DNA from: Minutocellus sp. GHC0000111
Lineage: Eukaryota
Direction: 5' to 3'
Assembly: GCA_977018835.1 (NCBI GenBank)
Contig: OZ361260.1
Coordinates: forward strand, 3,720,001 to 3,784,000
Length of the DNA: 64,000 nucleotides
Shown: in pieces, positions 46,373 through 57,796 of the stretch
Position numbering within the stretch: the first letter of the stretch is position 1
Layout: every line of letters begins with the position of its first letter
The notes under the pieces: model-generated
What the model saw: the letters and a program-made list of their open reading frames with translations, nothing else
Databases searched by the model: none
What the model was told of the DNA's origin: nothing
Made by a program: the position numbers and the translations under genes

Positions 46373-48264
46373 CTTACGAAGTCCGTTTCGCGAGAAATCG
46401 AGCGCAGGGCCGGGACCAAAAAATGTCGATTTTTGGGCCCGCAACCCGGACACGGACACATGCATGTAAAGCCGGAACCATCAAAACTGACAAGAGAGCA
46501 CTACACATGCATGTACGGCATGTGTGTGTAGTAGCACAAATATAGCTCGAATCTAAATAATCTAGTATTATTTTAAACATAACATAACTTAAAAGCACCG
46601 CAGGACTAATTATCCATGGTTGGATCAGCAGGAGGAGGAGCGATAATTTTCCCATCTATCCGAACCATGCCATTTTCAGTCGGCCTGAAATCCTTTCGCA
46701 CCCCAACATGAATGCCTTCACCGTTTCCAAGAAAATCATTGTTGCCTTTTGCAACGATTACCTTCTTTGCAATTCTATGAGCCTGGATGTATGCCGATGC
46801 GATCTTCCAGTTTTCCAGCCCCATCCAAACTTCCTCCGCTGCATCCCAAGTCTGATCTTCTGTCAAAACCTTCAGCCCCTCCCGATCGCGGCTCAACATT
46901 GTATGCCGCTTTGACATGCAAGGGAAAACAGACAGATCAAGAACATTCATATGGGGCATTTGCGGGGCCTGAGGTTCCCAACGCCATCCCTTGTCCCGAC
47001 AGTATCCTTCCACATATTCCACAAATTCAGTCTCGGCATGGGGCCCAGCATTGTCGCCCTGAAAAATAGGGACATAGCCTTCAAACTTTCCACCAGGTCC
47101 GACCAAAGCCTCAACATCCGGAAACATCTTGTTCTCAAATAAAGCTTTCAGTGGGAACTTGGGATTATCAAGGGTGCCATGGCTGCATCCAGTCACCGCG
47201 CAATCCACAAGGTATAGATCGTCTTTCTTCCGAACCACCGGGCCGCAATATTTGATTCTACCATCTGCCTGCCGCACCGCCTCCCTTACCATCTGCCTCG
47301 CAATTTTATGCGCCTGAGCCCGAAAAAGTCCAAGCTTGAACGCAATGCCGCCATTCTCAATGCTGTCAATAAAAGCCAAGGCAGTGACAGCCACCACCAT
47401 GCACTTGTTGATGTGATTTCGGTGATATGCCGAGAAGGACCGAGGATCAATACCCAATTCTGCAACTTGCTTGGCATACGATCGAAGAACCAAGCCCCAA
47501 AACCACTTCTCATCGAACATAATAAGGAGAAACTTGCCACCGCCGAGCCCCCAATTGTTTCGGAATTTCCGCGCAAATGCCAAATGTTTCTCCATCTGAT
47601 GGGTAGTAAGGAGAGGGATGATCCTTTCGGCATAGTACCGGAACCCTTCCCGCGACATTATCCACCGCCGTATTGCCGAGTAGGAACACCAAAAGTTGAC
47701 ATCCACCTCCAGCTCCCGCCAAGATTCCCGAGGATTTCGTATCAGAGCATCAACAATAACATCTCGAATGTATGGCTGCATAGCCAGATGAGATCTCCTC
47801 TTCATCTCCCACATCGCCTTCTCAGATGCAGGTAGAGCACCATACGCCTTCATCCATCCCGAAAATCGTGCACCATGCTCTGCGCTGGACAGCACCGAAT
47901 AGTCCACCTTTGCCTGCTCCCTGCACTTGGCAATTGCAAAGAGACATGGTGCAGTATACCGCCGGGTCGCCGTTGCAAGATCGTCGATGACAGAACGGAA
48001 GGCGGCCGAATCAGATGAATCATCGGCACTCGTTGGGAAGCAGTATACCGGTCCAAGTGCGACGAACGCGTCCATTTGATTAGAGCCGCTGAAATCTAAA
48101 GTCTTATCCGAATTATTGTTTCACATGAAGATAAATCAAAATTAGAGTAAAAATAGCCATTTTCTTAAATATTTCAGCATGACTATTCTTCGAGGCGCTT
48201 TTCAATCCCCTCGAAAGCAGTCAAAAACCGGGCGCTCGATTTCTCGCGAATCTGACCTCGTAGG
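46373..48264 (-). mobile_element. Mariner-like DNA transposon, 1892 bp, 33-bp imperfect TIRs, TA flanks
   Basis: TA|CTTACGAAGTCCGTTTCGCGAGAAATCGAGCGC (46373-46405) versus GCGCTCGATTTCTCGCGAATCTGACCTCGTAGG|TA (48232-48264), 29/33 match. Confidence 0.9.
46606..48075 (-). CDS. IS630/Tc1/mariner transposase, DD38D
   Basis: FDEKWF..QGDNAGPH..QAPQMPHMNVLDLSVF with 38 residues between the second and third Asp; motifs resemble plant-type DD39D mariners. Confidence 0.9.
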   Translation of the reverse strand: MDAFVALGPVYCFPTSADDSSDSAAFRSVIDDLATATRRYTAPCLFAIAKCREQAKVDYSVLSSAEHGARFSGWMKAYGALPASEKAMWEMKRRSHLAMQPYIRDVIVDALIRNPRESWRELEVDVNFWCSYSAIRRWIMSREGFRYYAERIIPLLTTHQMEKHLAFARKFRNNWGLGGGKFLLIMFDEKWFWGLVLRSYAKQVAELGIDPRSFSAYHRNHINKCMVVAVTALAFIDSIENGGIAFKLGLFRAQAHKIARQMVREAVRQADGRIKYCGPVVRKKDDLYLVDCAVTGCSHGTLDNPKFPLKALFENKMFPDVEALVGPGGKFEGYVPIFQGDNAGPHAETEFVEYVEGYCRDKGWRWEPQAPQMPHMNVLDLSVFPCMSKRHTMLSRDREGLKVLTEDQTWDAAEEVWMGLENWKIASAYIQAHRIAKKVIVAKGNNDFLGNGEGIHVGVRKDFRPTENGMVRIDGKIIAPPPADPTMDN

Positions 48265-48500
48265 TATTGCCTGGCATGCTTGGATTCCATGAACTGCATG
48301 AGCTTGCTGCATTTGCCAGCACGAAGAAGACCGGGGAGGGCATTTGCCTTGTCGTATGAATCGCGATACGCCGTTGCATAGCATGCGCCCCCATCGAGGT
48401 AGGTTTGAATCAGCAGAAAATGGAGGACAGATTGACGGTCAGCTTCCACGGCGTCGGTGCCAGCATCGTTGTCTCTGGTGGCTTCGTGCTTGTCGTTCAT
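48265..48500 (-). pseudogene. Probable 5' part of the TGS1-like gene
   Basis: ORF MNDKHEAT..KLMQFMESKHARQY runs into the transposon TIR exactly at TA 48265-48266. Confidence 0.6.
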
Positions 48501-48811
48501 GGTCGCCGGCGCTGAAGAAATTGTTGGAGCCTACTTTTATCAGGTAATGAGCTCCCAGATCAACTCCATAGCGCTCGGATCGGAAGGGTTCGCACGATGA
48601 GCCGGGGATCGGATGCGGATGCGGAGCGGAGGCGTCGCGTCGAAGAATTCCCATCATCAAACCCGCCAGAAGATCACACGACCGAACGCCATCTCGTTTC
48701 ATTCGGACCTGCTCCCATTCACAATTAAAAAACGAAAACTTGAAGAACGCAATTTACTCAATTCCAACAATTACAATCGATCGATCGAAACAAAAGACCA
48801 AACGATAGAAC

Positions 48812-51800
48812 ATGATAATAGTGCGCAGAGCCATTCTTCTCGCTGTCAACATGAGCCTGGAGCTTTTGGCCGCGCTCCAGAACTCCAGCAACACCTTAAG
48901 TACTGGTGTCATCCTCGACGTTGGCAACCAGACGTATCAGGTGGTTGGTGGGAATTTCACCATAGTCCCCGGCAGTGACTTGGAGATCGACGTGGTCAAT
49001 CAAACAAATCTCGATGAAGGATTGAACGACAGTACTTCTACGCCCGGCGAAGACGAGAACCCAATCGTTACACCAGGAATACCAGCAGATATCGACGCCG
49101 ACGATGAGATCGAAATCTACCCAGAACCACGAAATTCAACTGATGTAGTGGGAACCTCGGATTTGACCTATCATGACGAGACATGGCATGGAAATCATCC
49201 CGACGATGAGCCATCTCGTTGGGTTCTCATTGGATCAGCACTCGACAATCTCGGCGAAGAGTACTGCATGGAAGTCAGAATGCCCGTGCATAGTGGGCAG
49301 ACCATCGGTGTGAGCATGTGTGATTGGGCGAAGGAAGAGCAGCTCTTCTTCTGGGAGGATGGAAAACGCATGCGACCTTTCCTCGATATTAGTCTGTGCG
49401 TTGACGCCAACGACGGATCGTGGCCAAGCTTGCGAGACTGCGAAGAGAATGGACCGCACCAACGCTGGGATGCAGGTAGTTTTGACGGAGTGCATCTCTC
49501 CCCAAGAACGCACCCGGACTCATGCCTAAAGCCCACCGAAGTTTCGAGAGGTTTCATAGAAAATAGCTCGATGGAATACGGGAGAGTGCGCAGAATGGAA
49601 GAAACAGAATTTTTCAGCAGAAGGTTCGGTCAGTGGCGAAACAGAACAGCAAGAAGAGCAGAACGAAGATGCCATTTGGCCCTCCGAACCAACGGCGGCT
49701 CTTTCTGAATACGTCTTTTTGATCAATCGAGCGCACGATTATGATGATCCCGATGCCAAGTGCTTGAAGGCGAATGATAGAGGTGAAGTTAAGTTGGTCG
49801 AATGTGAGGAAGACAATTACAAGATGCACTGGTTGAACGATGATTTTGATTTGTCTGATGAAAGTGCAGCAGTCCGACTAAGACCCAGGTCTGATCCTAG
49901 CACTTGCATCACTCGAGGTGATATTGACAAGCCGCCTTCGGATATTCATTGCTGTGTTGACGATACTCGCCTCTACATGAGAAGTTGCGACGGGAGCTCA
50001 GAGCAGATGTGGCTATACGACCGAACTTTTGGCTACCTTTCTCCAGCAGACTACGAGACCCTATGCATTGCATCTTGGTTCAACCCACGAGTAGGTCTCT
50101 CCTATTGTGCATTTGGTGCCATCGAAGAACAGTCATATGGTGAATTCCGGTTTGACCTAGTCGATCCAGCGAGCGGCTTGACAAGGCCCGCAGCCGTCGC
50201 CGAGGACGCCGACAACATGTTCTGGGTTGAGGCTACTGTCAGTCAAATACCCCGCCGGCTTTGGTGCAGTGTTTCTGATGGAGGACAAAATTGCAAGGTG
50301 GTGGCCGAACAGGATGACGACGGCGATATTGACGAAGATTTTGAATCTGTCGATGCCATATGGTTGAGAGACGACAATGACCGTCTTCGGTCTGCGTCCG
50401 ATACCAGTATTTGTCTCACCTACGATAGTGCTTACAGCAATCTGTATGCCACAGCATGCTATCAGTACAGAGAGGAGGAGCAGATTTGGCACTATGAAGA
50501 CAGAGGGAACATGGAACTCTCTCCAAAGGGAAATCCAAGTGTTTGTGCTGTGGCAAAACTTGGTGATGATCCACCAGTAGAAAGTTGTGGCAGCAGAGTC
50601 AACAAACAATCGTGGAGATTTGTTCCGTTCAACAACGAAACCCCCGAAGGTCCTTCTTCTTGTGATGAGGGCTTAGTAGATACAAATATGATTGTTTGGG
50701 AAGGCGGTGAAGGCTACTACTGTGTTGAAGCTAGCGACGTTGATGAAGGAAATGAGCTCGAACTCAAGAAGTGCGACGCATTGAATGAAAATCAGCTCTT
50801 CATCTTCGAAAACCATAAATGGATGTCCAAACGCAATCCTGATCTTTGCATACAAGCGATCAAAAATGAAGATACTGAGGGCATGAGGGTTCCCATTTTC
50901 ATGCCATGCGATGGGTCACTGAAGCAGAAATGGATATTTGGTGAAGATGGTGCGATAGTGTGGGGCAAGGACGATAGTCTCTGTGCCTCCTACCACTTTG
51001 ATGGCGAAAGGTCTTGGTTCTATAATTTCGGCCTGAAAACTTGTTCCAATGAAGAAAACAAAGACCAAATGTTTCAGCTTGTGAACCCAAAGGATTACAG
51101 TACTCCGACGCTGAACTATGTCCTCTTGTCCACCAAGAATGATTTGTCCTGGGCGATTTCCTGCTATCCTGATCATGAGGGTAAGTAATACTAGTAGCGG
51201 AACAGTGTGTGGAACTGATCATCATGCTTAAAAGCTGGGAAAATCTCACTCACTGATCCATTTCCCTCTCTTCTGAATTTAATTTTCCGTAGAAAACACT
51301 TGCCCGGGTTACCGAGAGATTCGGCCGACATATGGTAAATTTTATGAGGGCACCAAATGGTTTATCGAAGAAATGAAGAACGGAATCCGTCTTCGAAGAG
51401 GTGAACCTCGAGGTCCAATGCTGAAGGTGGACGGGCAGACCCTTTGGAAGTACAACCCGAATAGTAAGGAGTTGAAATCAGTTGCGAACGGGCAGTGCAT
51501 AGACAATAGAGGGCAGATAGGCAAACCATGCGAACCCTTTTGCGAAGAATGCGACTCATATTCCTGCTACGGTTCTACGGGCGACCTTACAATGGCGGAG
51601 TGCAATGGTAAGGTAAGGCAGCAATGGGTCCTCCAAGACGCCGATGACTTTTTGTACAGCCATGGTTCTGACTTCGCAGGCAAGCCTAACGAGAATGACT
51701 TCCATCTGTTGGTATCCTCGAAGGATAACGACTTCTGCGTTGGTGCAAAAGATCCATATGCGAGACACCCCGACGGTGAAATACTGCTCATGAGATGCAA

Positions 51801-52167
51801 TCCAGCTGATCCAAAGCAAGTATGGACTATCGAGACCGTCGAAGGAAGGAAAAGAATTCGTCTGAAGGCCAACCTCAGCTTATGCATGCACGTTTCTAGA
51901 GTAGAGCTGTTACAAACGCTTCATCTCGAGGAGTGCAATGATCTTCAGCAAAAGCAACACTGGAACCATAAATCAGAAGACGGTGAAATATCCGCCGCAA
52001 AGAATGGCAATTTGTGCGTTGGATTTGATTATGAAGACGGTTGTCTCCAAGAGGGAACTCCGCTGCAGCTGCTTCCTTGCAGCAACGGAGAGAGTCCTGA
52101 GCAAAGCTTTGATTTGGTGCGACCAAATGCTTACTTAGAGCGTCCGAACAGAGGTCGAACGTGGTGA
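48812..52167 (+). CDS. Large multi-ricin-B-lectin (beta-trefoil) repeat protein; intron 51181..51292; frameshifts near 49580-49710
   Basis: Repeated C-x(10-15)-C..QxW/F units (CDWAKEEQLF, CEENGPHQRW, CDGSSEQMW, CDALNENQLF, CNGKVRQQW, CNPADPKQVW). A GTAAGT..TAG intron joins ORFs 49719 and 51373 in frame. Confidence 0.75.
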
Positions 52168-52305
52168 AAACAGTAGAGTACATGAGGGTTAGAGACATAG
52201 ACTTGAACCAGTAGAACATTGATAAAACTTGTACGAATATCTGATCTCTATCTATTTACTCTATTGAACTCTCTTTCTCCGCCATGTAAAACTTTCCACC
52301 ATCGA

Positions 52306-52370
52306 CTGCGTATGGAATGTCGGAGAGATTGAAATTCGTCCCTTTCAATCGCTCGTCATTCTCCATCGAG
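52306..52370 (-). promoter_or_regulatory. Putative eukaryotic SECIS element
   Basis: Minus strand reads ATGGAG-A-ATGAC-GAGCGATTG-AAA-GGGACGAATTT-CAATCTCTC-CGAC-A-TTCCAT: helix I, AUGA/GA core, helix II and apical AAA. Folded by eye. Confidence 0.65.
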
Positions 52371-53771
52371 CGAAATCAATGATGAACCGTTGCCGAACAT
52401 AATTAGCGCTTTATTAACAACCGCTGCAATGAACGCAAAGGCAATGGCAGTAAGGCCCGCTCCAATCACATTTCTGTTCTTCAAGGTTTTCATTACAAAC
52501 ACTTTGATTCTGGTTTCCTGCTTTGACATGAGCTGACGTCCGGTTGCATCTACAAGCTTGGTAATGGCCTCGAAAGCACCCACAACTGCAGAAGCTTCTA
52601 CCAATAATTCTTTTCCTCCCTCCTTTACAACATTAGCGCGAGCTTCACTAACCTGGTCATCGTCAAATGGAATGGAACTACAAAGCGAAGCAAATAGTTC
52701 CAAAGCTTGCTCACGGGCCTGAGATGTGGGCGGGCATATAACCTTCATCTCGTTCCCGTGGCCTTCATGTCAATACGTGCACTTATGTGCCTTTGCAGTA
52801 GCTCCCGCCACCGTCTCCACGTCATGTCGACATACGGTGGAACATTTTGAAGTCCCCAGCTCATTCCATCGCAAGAGCATATCCTTTGCGGGCAGATATA
52901 AAGCCGCATGGAACGATTGAAAGAAGATAAAGTCTTCGATGGCCAAAATTGTGCAACGATAGGGCGATGGTGAGTATGGTAATTTGGCCCACGTCTCCGC
53001 GGGAATCTTCTTACATTCGGAACCGTCTCGAATAACATCCGACGACACAAAGAATGGCGAAAAAGCAAATTCCTGATTATACTGTATTCCTTTGAGGAGT
53101 AGTCGGTATCGGATGTTGCTTGGTGGAGGTGCACCCTTGATCTCGTGCCAACTTGGAAGGGCAGGGACATTGACGCCGTTTCCCAAGCTCAAAAAGAGCA
53201 CATGCAGAGCATGCGAAATGGACGACAGCAAAATTATCTCACAGTAAAGAGCCCGGGCAGCCAAATCTGCGTCTTCTCTTGTCATGGGTCTTCCACACTC
53301 CTCTTCGAATGATTTGTCATACTGATCCAAAATGCCACAGGACATTAATGCAGCCACGGCATCTTCGTAAAAGAGCTGATCGATACGTTCCTGATGACAT
53401 ACGAGCGTATGGACGATGGTCACGAGGCACTTTTCAACCTCTTTCGATAACTTGCTACCGGATTCGCCCTCGGTTGGGAATCCAGGCTTGTGCTTCTGGC
53501 TTGCATAAATGTTGTAGAATCGAGCATTCGGCATAGGGCAGACCATGGTGGATCGTCGCTCGGCTACATTTTCATGACAGTGCTTGCATTTGAGCAGAGC
53601 ATCTCGAGCGCAGAGAGCGACACCGAGGCGGATGTTTGAAGGCAGGATAGTCCCAGAGACGGTGCATAGATGCGTGTTGAAGGATTCGGCAAAAGCATGG
53701 AGGTCATGTATCCGCTCCTCAGCTGTTTGACCTGGCTCCTCGGCACTAATCGACTTTGGGAAGAGGCGCAT
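52356..53771 (-). CDS. AhpD/CMD-like alkylhydroperoxidase-related protein, probable selenoprotein (471 aa, Sec at codon 334)
   Basis: ORFs 52770..53771 and 52356..52748 are in frame across TGA 52770-52772, giving VETVAGATAKAHKCTY-U-HEGH. The second half has LVEASAVVGAFEAITKLVDATG and a hydrophobic tail. Confidence 0.8.
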
Positions 53772-54700
53772 GTTGTTTTTATGGCATCAACGTCCAGAGA
53801 GGAAATGCTGGCTCGTGCTAATGGAAGCCGCTTCCGGAACAATGACGAAGCACGATATTCAGTCTGCAAGAAGTCTCCTGTAGGCTTATCGCCCGCCTGC
53901 TGCCTCGCTCGAGTCACCCTTCGATGAACAATGCTCGTCATCGCCGTGTCAGCCAGCCGCAGCAGGGGCAGCGCAGCACAGCCCCATCTCGTCTTGTTTC
54001 GCCGGTCGGATGAAGCGTTTTTCGGCAGAAGACGAACACGTCACGAAGAAACCCAACAAAACCCAATCTCGTTCGTCACCCATTCTTTGACCGTCCAACA
54101 CCATGGTGGTCCGTCGGCGTTGCGCCGGCGTATAACTATGTTTTCGTACCAAATACGCATTCATTATCATGTTTGGATATAGTTGAAGCTTACTGTATCC
54201 TCAGATTGGCCTCCGCTGCGTATCAACGCCACGAACCATCGGCCTACTTTTCTTCCTCCATCTGTCGGCCGTTCGTTTCTCTGGGGTGGTGCAATTGCTC
54301 CGTCTTTGTGCTCGTCGTGCTCCCGTTGTGATGCCCCAGACCCTCTGGTACTTTCCCACGTTGTTGTTGATGATAAACTGCCGGGATTGCGCCGCACCCC
54401 CCGTATGACCGACTCTCGCTGATCCCGACCGATCGCATCCCCACTCGACCTCCCCCGGAATTCCGACAACAATTTTGCGCCCGAGGAGAGACAGATAGCA
54501 TTGGGATAAGTTTATGCAACAATCAACCCGACAAAGGGACTTTTTGGTCTGGGAGATAAATGGGTGAGTTAAGAAGGACGTGATGTGTTTGTTTGGGTGC
54601 ACTCTTTACTTTTTTGCTCAATCGCGACACTGTTTGTAAAAGTTGGATTGTGCAATTCATTTGTTGTTGTGTAGCAGCAGTGTAATTTCATTTTCTAATT

Positions 54701-56486
54701 TTATACATGCCCTGCTCCCATCTCTACATCCTCATCTCCATCGGTGGCCATCATGATCATTTGTTGGCGCTTGTCATCAGTTTCTGCTTTAACAGCTTCG
54801 GTCCTTGTCCTTTTCCTTGTTCTTGCCACCCGAGAGTTTCGCTCCCGCCTCTCCTCGACCTTTGGATTGGATGCCCTCTCCTCAGCCTTGAACTGCGCCG
54901 TCTGTTGGGCCTCATGTCCCTTGACGCCCTGAGTCCGACGATCTTCCTTAACGCCCTCTTGGTGGGCTCGCTCTACAAACGATTCGTCGAGCCAATGGAT
55001 GCCGCCCCATCCATTCTTCACTAGCCAAATGTGTTGGTCCAAGATGTGATCTTCGAGCAAGTGCCACTTGGGCGTCATGCTAACATGCCGATTGCCCGTG
55101 CTTGCTTGAGGGCACTTGCAATCAATGCTTCAAGCTCTCTCACAGCCTTCTTTGCCTCATCATCCCATTTCATGTGCCATTTCAGAAACCTGGAACATGT
55201 TGCGTCAAGAGTGTGGAGCAAATTAGAGCAAGCTTTGCAGAGCTCTTTGATGTCGTCATCCGTCATGCCATCTTCCTCGCGATTGTGCTCTAGGAGAGTT
55301 CCTTTGGTGGAGGTGTTATGGTGGATGAACTCTATTGTCCTTGGTTTCTTCTTGTTGTTGCCATCAGAAATGTTAACAGATAAAGCTCTCCAGCATTCTG
55401 CCAGCACTGCCCTTATTTTACCTGAGTCGGCCGCCTCAATGCCGGCCTTTTTCAGGAAATGGAAGTGAGGGGCATCGTCATCCTCGGCATCATCGACAGC
55501 TCCCATCTCTGGCTCGCCATCACCGTGCTTCTGACGACTCTTCTCAAAGCACTGCTGCATGCATGCTTCATGTGTAGCGTCCTCTCTTGCAACATCAGCT
55601 TCGTCCTCATAACAGGGCACATAGTCCTCGTCTTCGTCGTCATCGTCCTCACTGATCTCGCCGGCCTCCGTCGTGGTCAGGGTGCCCACCGTCCCAACAT
55701 CGTCGTCATTGTCCCACCCATCGTCCTGCCTGGCCATTGCACACCCACCAGGGAACTTCTGGGCCTCGAGCAACATCTGCCTGTTGATTTCGTAGTCCAT
55801 CGCCGCACATCCCACCGACATGTGTGGTGCGACCGACTTGAGGAATGCATTACATGCCTTCGTCAAATTGAGCCGCGGCGGCGGCATTTCGAGGCGAAAT
55901 TGTTGCTCGACCGTGACCATGTCGAAAGCCATCCATCCATCATCATGGAGAGCGTCGGCTGCACGAGGATTGACAGAACCGAGGCGAACAAATGTGCTCT
56001 TTTTGCATGGGGTTCGCTGAACGTCGTCGGCAAGGCAGTGTCTTGATGCCATTTCATCCCATCCATTCTGGTTGTCTGTCCTCACAAAAAACACATCGCA
56101 GTCTTCGTGTTTCTTCTTCTTCAAACCCAAGATGCCCGCAGTGTGCACATGACGGCGCCGTACATGATGGGACTGCATCCCAACACATTCATCAAGGAGT
56201 CGTTGTTGTTGCCGATGAAATTGTAGTAATGAAGTTCCTTCCTGCGAAGACGGACGAGCAGTTCAGCCAGGGCGTCCTGCACCGCAATTCTGTCTGCGGT
56301 GTTGACCGCGGGATTGCGGCCGTCATTTTTTTTGCTCATGGAGAATTGTGGATCGAGACCAACGGGAATATCACCAGGATGTCGGGAGTGCCTGGTTGGT
56401 CTCGTGCCGTAATTCTCCCACACCAGCGCGAGATATCGCCTTCGTTCTGCACGTAGCGGGGCGGCAATTTGAATTTTTGCCGCCAT
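54701..56486 (-). mobile_element. Degenerate DNA-transposase remnant (Transib/Chapaev/RAG1-like C-terminus)
   Basis: TPKWHLLEDH..GIHWLDESFVERAHQ matches the HxxxxH..ExxExxH end of Transib/CMC-type transposases; broken over three frames. Confidence 0.55.
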
Positions 56487-56700
56487 GGTGGCTCGCGTTG
56501 GGCGCGCCGGTCGGTTGCTTCGCGCGCCGGCCGGCCACCGAAAGTGCGACCAAAAGTATGCGAGTCATCCGGCTGGCAGATTGTGCTTTGGCAGGGGGGC
56601 ACGTCTGGTCGTCTGGCCTTCGATCGAACTCGCCCGCTGTTGACCTCATTTGCCTTTAGCTGCTGCCCAAAGCAAAGCCGAAGGTGCTCCTCCCTGCACC

Positions 56701-57777
56701 ATGGTCATCCGATCATACCCGCGCTTTATTCTGATTGCATTTCTTCCAACGGTTTTGAATTGTGCAGGCGCTTTCGTGCTCGATGGTGTGCTAGTGTCAA
56801 GGCCCTCACATTTAACGAGAAAGAGGAGCAGACAACTTGCCTCTACTTTCACCGACATTGGAGACAACAATGTGACGCCACTTGAGCCATCTGATGACGA
56901 CGAAAACACCGATTCCGAAGCAACATTATATGGATGGACCGACGACCAGTTCAAGTCTTGGTTTGGAAAGGAGTTGGCTGCTCATCCACTCATGGATAAG
57001 TGTCCTCGGATGCAAGCCACGGCACCCAGGGCAGCAACGGCATGGAGGGCACGATATCGTGGCAACCCAACCCTATGGAGACGAGTCTTTACGGTCGATC
57101 GCGTTATCAAGGAGTTGGTCGAAGCTGCGCCGATATTGGATGCCGTGATTCAGATTGTCGATGAGGCTGACATCGACGAGACGGGCAACCTCACGGCATT
57201 GGACTTAGCAAGTGGACGGGGCTTTTTGAGCATGTATCTGTCTGAAATTCTGCCAAAGGAGAAGGTGGAGAAGATTATACTGGTTGACAAGGCATGGCCA
57301 ATGTGCAATGCAAACGAAGTATTGCCACATCAAATGTCATGGGAACACATCTATGGAAATCGGACAAATGCTTTGGAAGATGGCGATGGGAGTTCATCTT
57401 CTTCGTCGACCTACTTTGACACATGGCCAATCCATTTGCATACGTCCAAACCAGATCTCAAGCAAAAATGCACCAAACGACAAATGAAGAAGTTCATGTT
57501 CGATCGAGCACCCGGTCCTGTGCTGATTTTGGCGGTCCATCTCTGCGGCGCATTGTCGCTCCGTGCGGTGGAAATGTTCAATGACTATCCAGACAAGGTT
57601 CAATTTCTCGCCCTAAAGCCCTGTTGTTTACCTCCAATGGCCTATGCCAATAGAGGCGATGTGTTTGAAATCGGCCAGCATAGCTTTGATGCCTCTGATG
57701 TTTGTGCTGTTGGTCGTTTTTTGGGCACTAATTATGCACTTTGGGCACTAATTATGCACCACAAACGGCGCAATTGA
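56701..57777 (+). CDS. SAM-dependent methyltransferase-like protein, plastid-type presequence, possibly 3'-truncated
   Basis: ALDLASGRGFLSMYL, ILVDKAW, ILAVHLCGALS, LKPCCLP; presequence ..NCAGA-FVL. Ends in a 20-bp tandem repeat. Confidence 0.7.
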   Translation: MVIRSYPRFILIAFLPTVLNCAGAFVLDGVLVSRPSHLTRKRSRQLASTFTDIGDNNVTPLEPSDDDENTDSEATLYGWTDDQFKSWFGKELAAHPLMDKCPRMQATAPRAATAWRARYRGNPTLWRRVFTVDRVIKELVEAAPILDAVIQIVDEADIDETGNLTALDLASGRGFLSMYLSEILPKEKVEKIILVDKAWPMCNANEVLPHQMSWEHIYGNRTNALEDGDGSSSSSSTYFDTWPIHLHTSKPDLKQKCTKRQMKKFMFDRAPGPVLILAVHLCGALSLRAVEMFNDYPDKVQFLALKPCCLPPMAYANRGDVFEIGQHSFDASDVCAVGRFLGTNYALWALIMHHKRRN

Positions 57778-57796
57778 AGACGAAGTGTGCAGTACC

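Noticed and set aside
46373..48264. Mariner removed as an intron (GTCAGA..TAAG on the minus strand)
   Set aside because: Splicing at these sites leaves the host gene out of frame.
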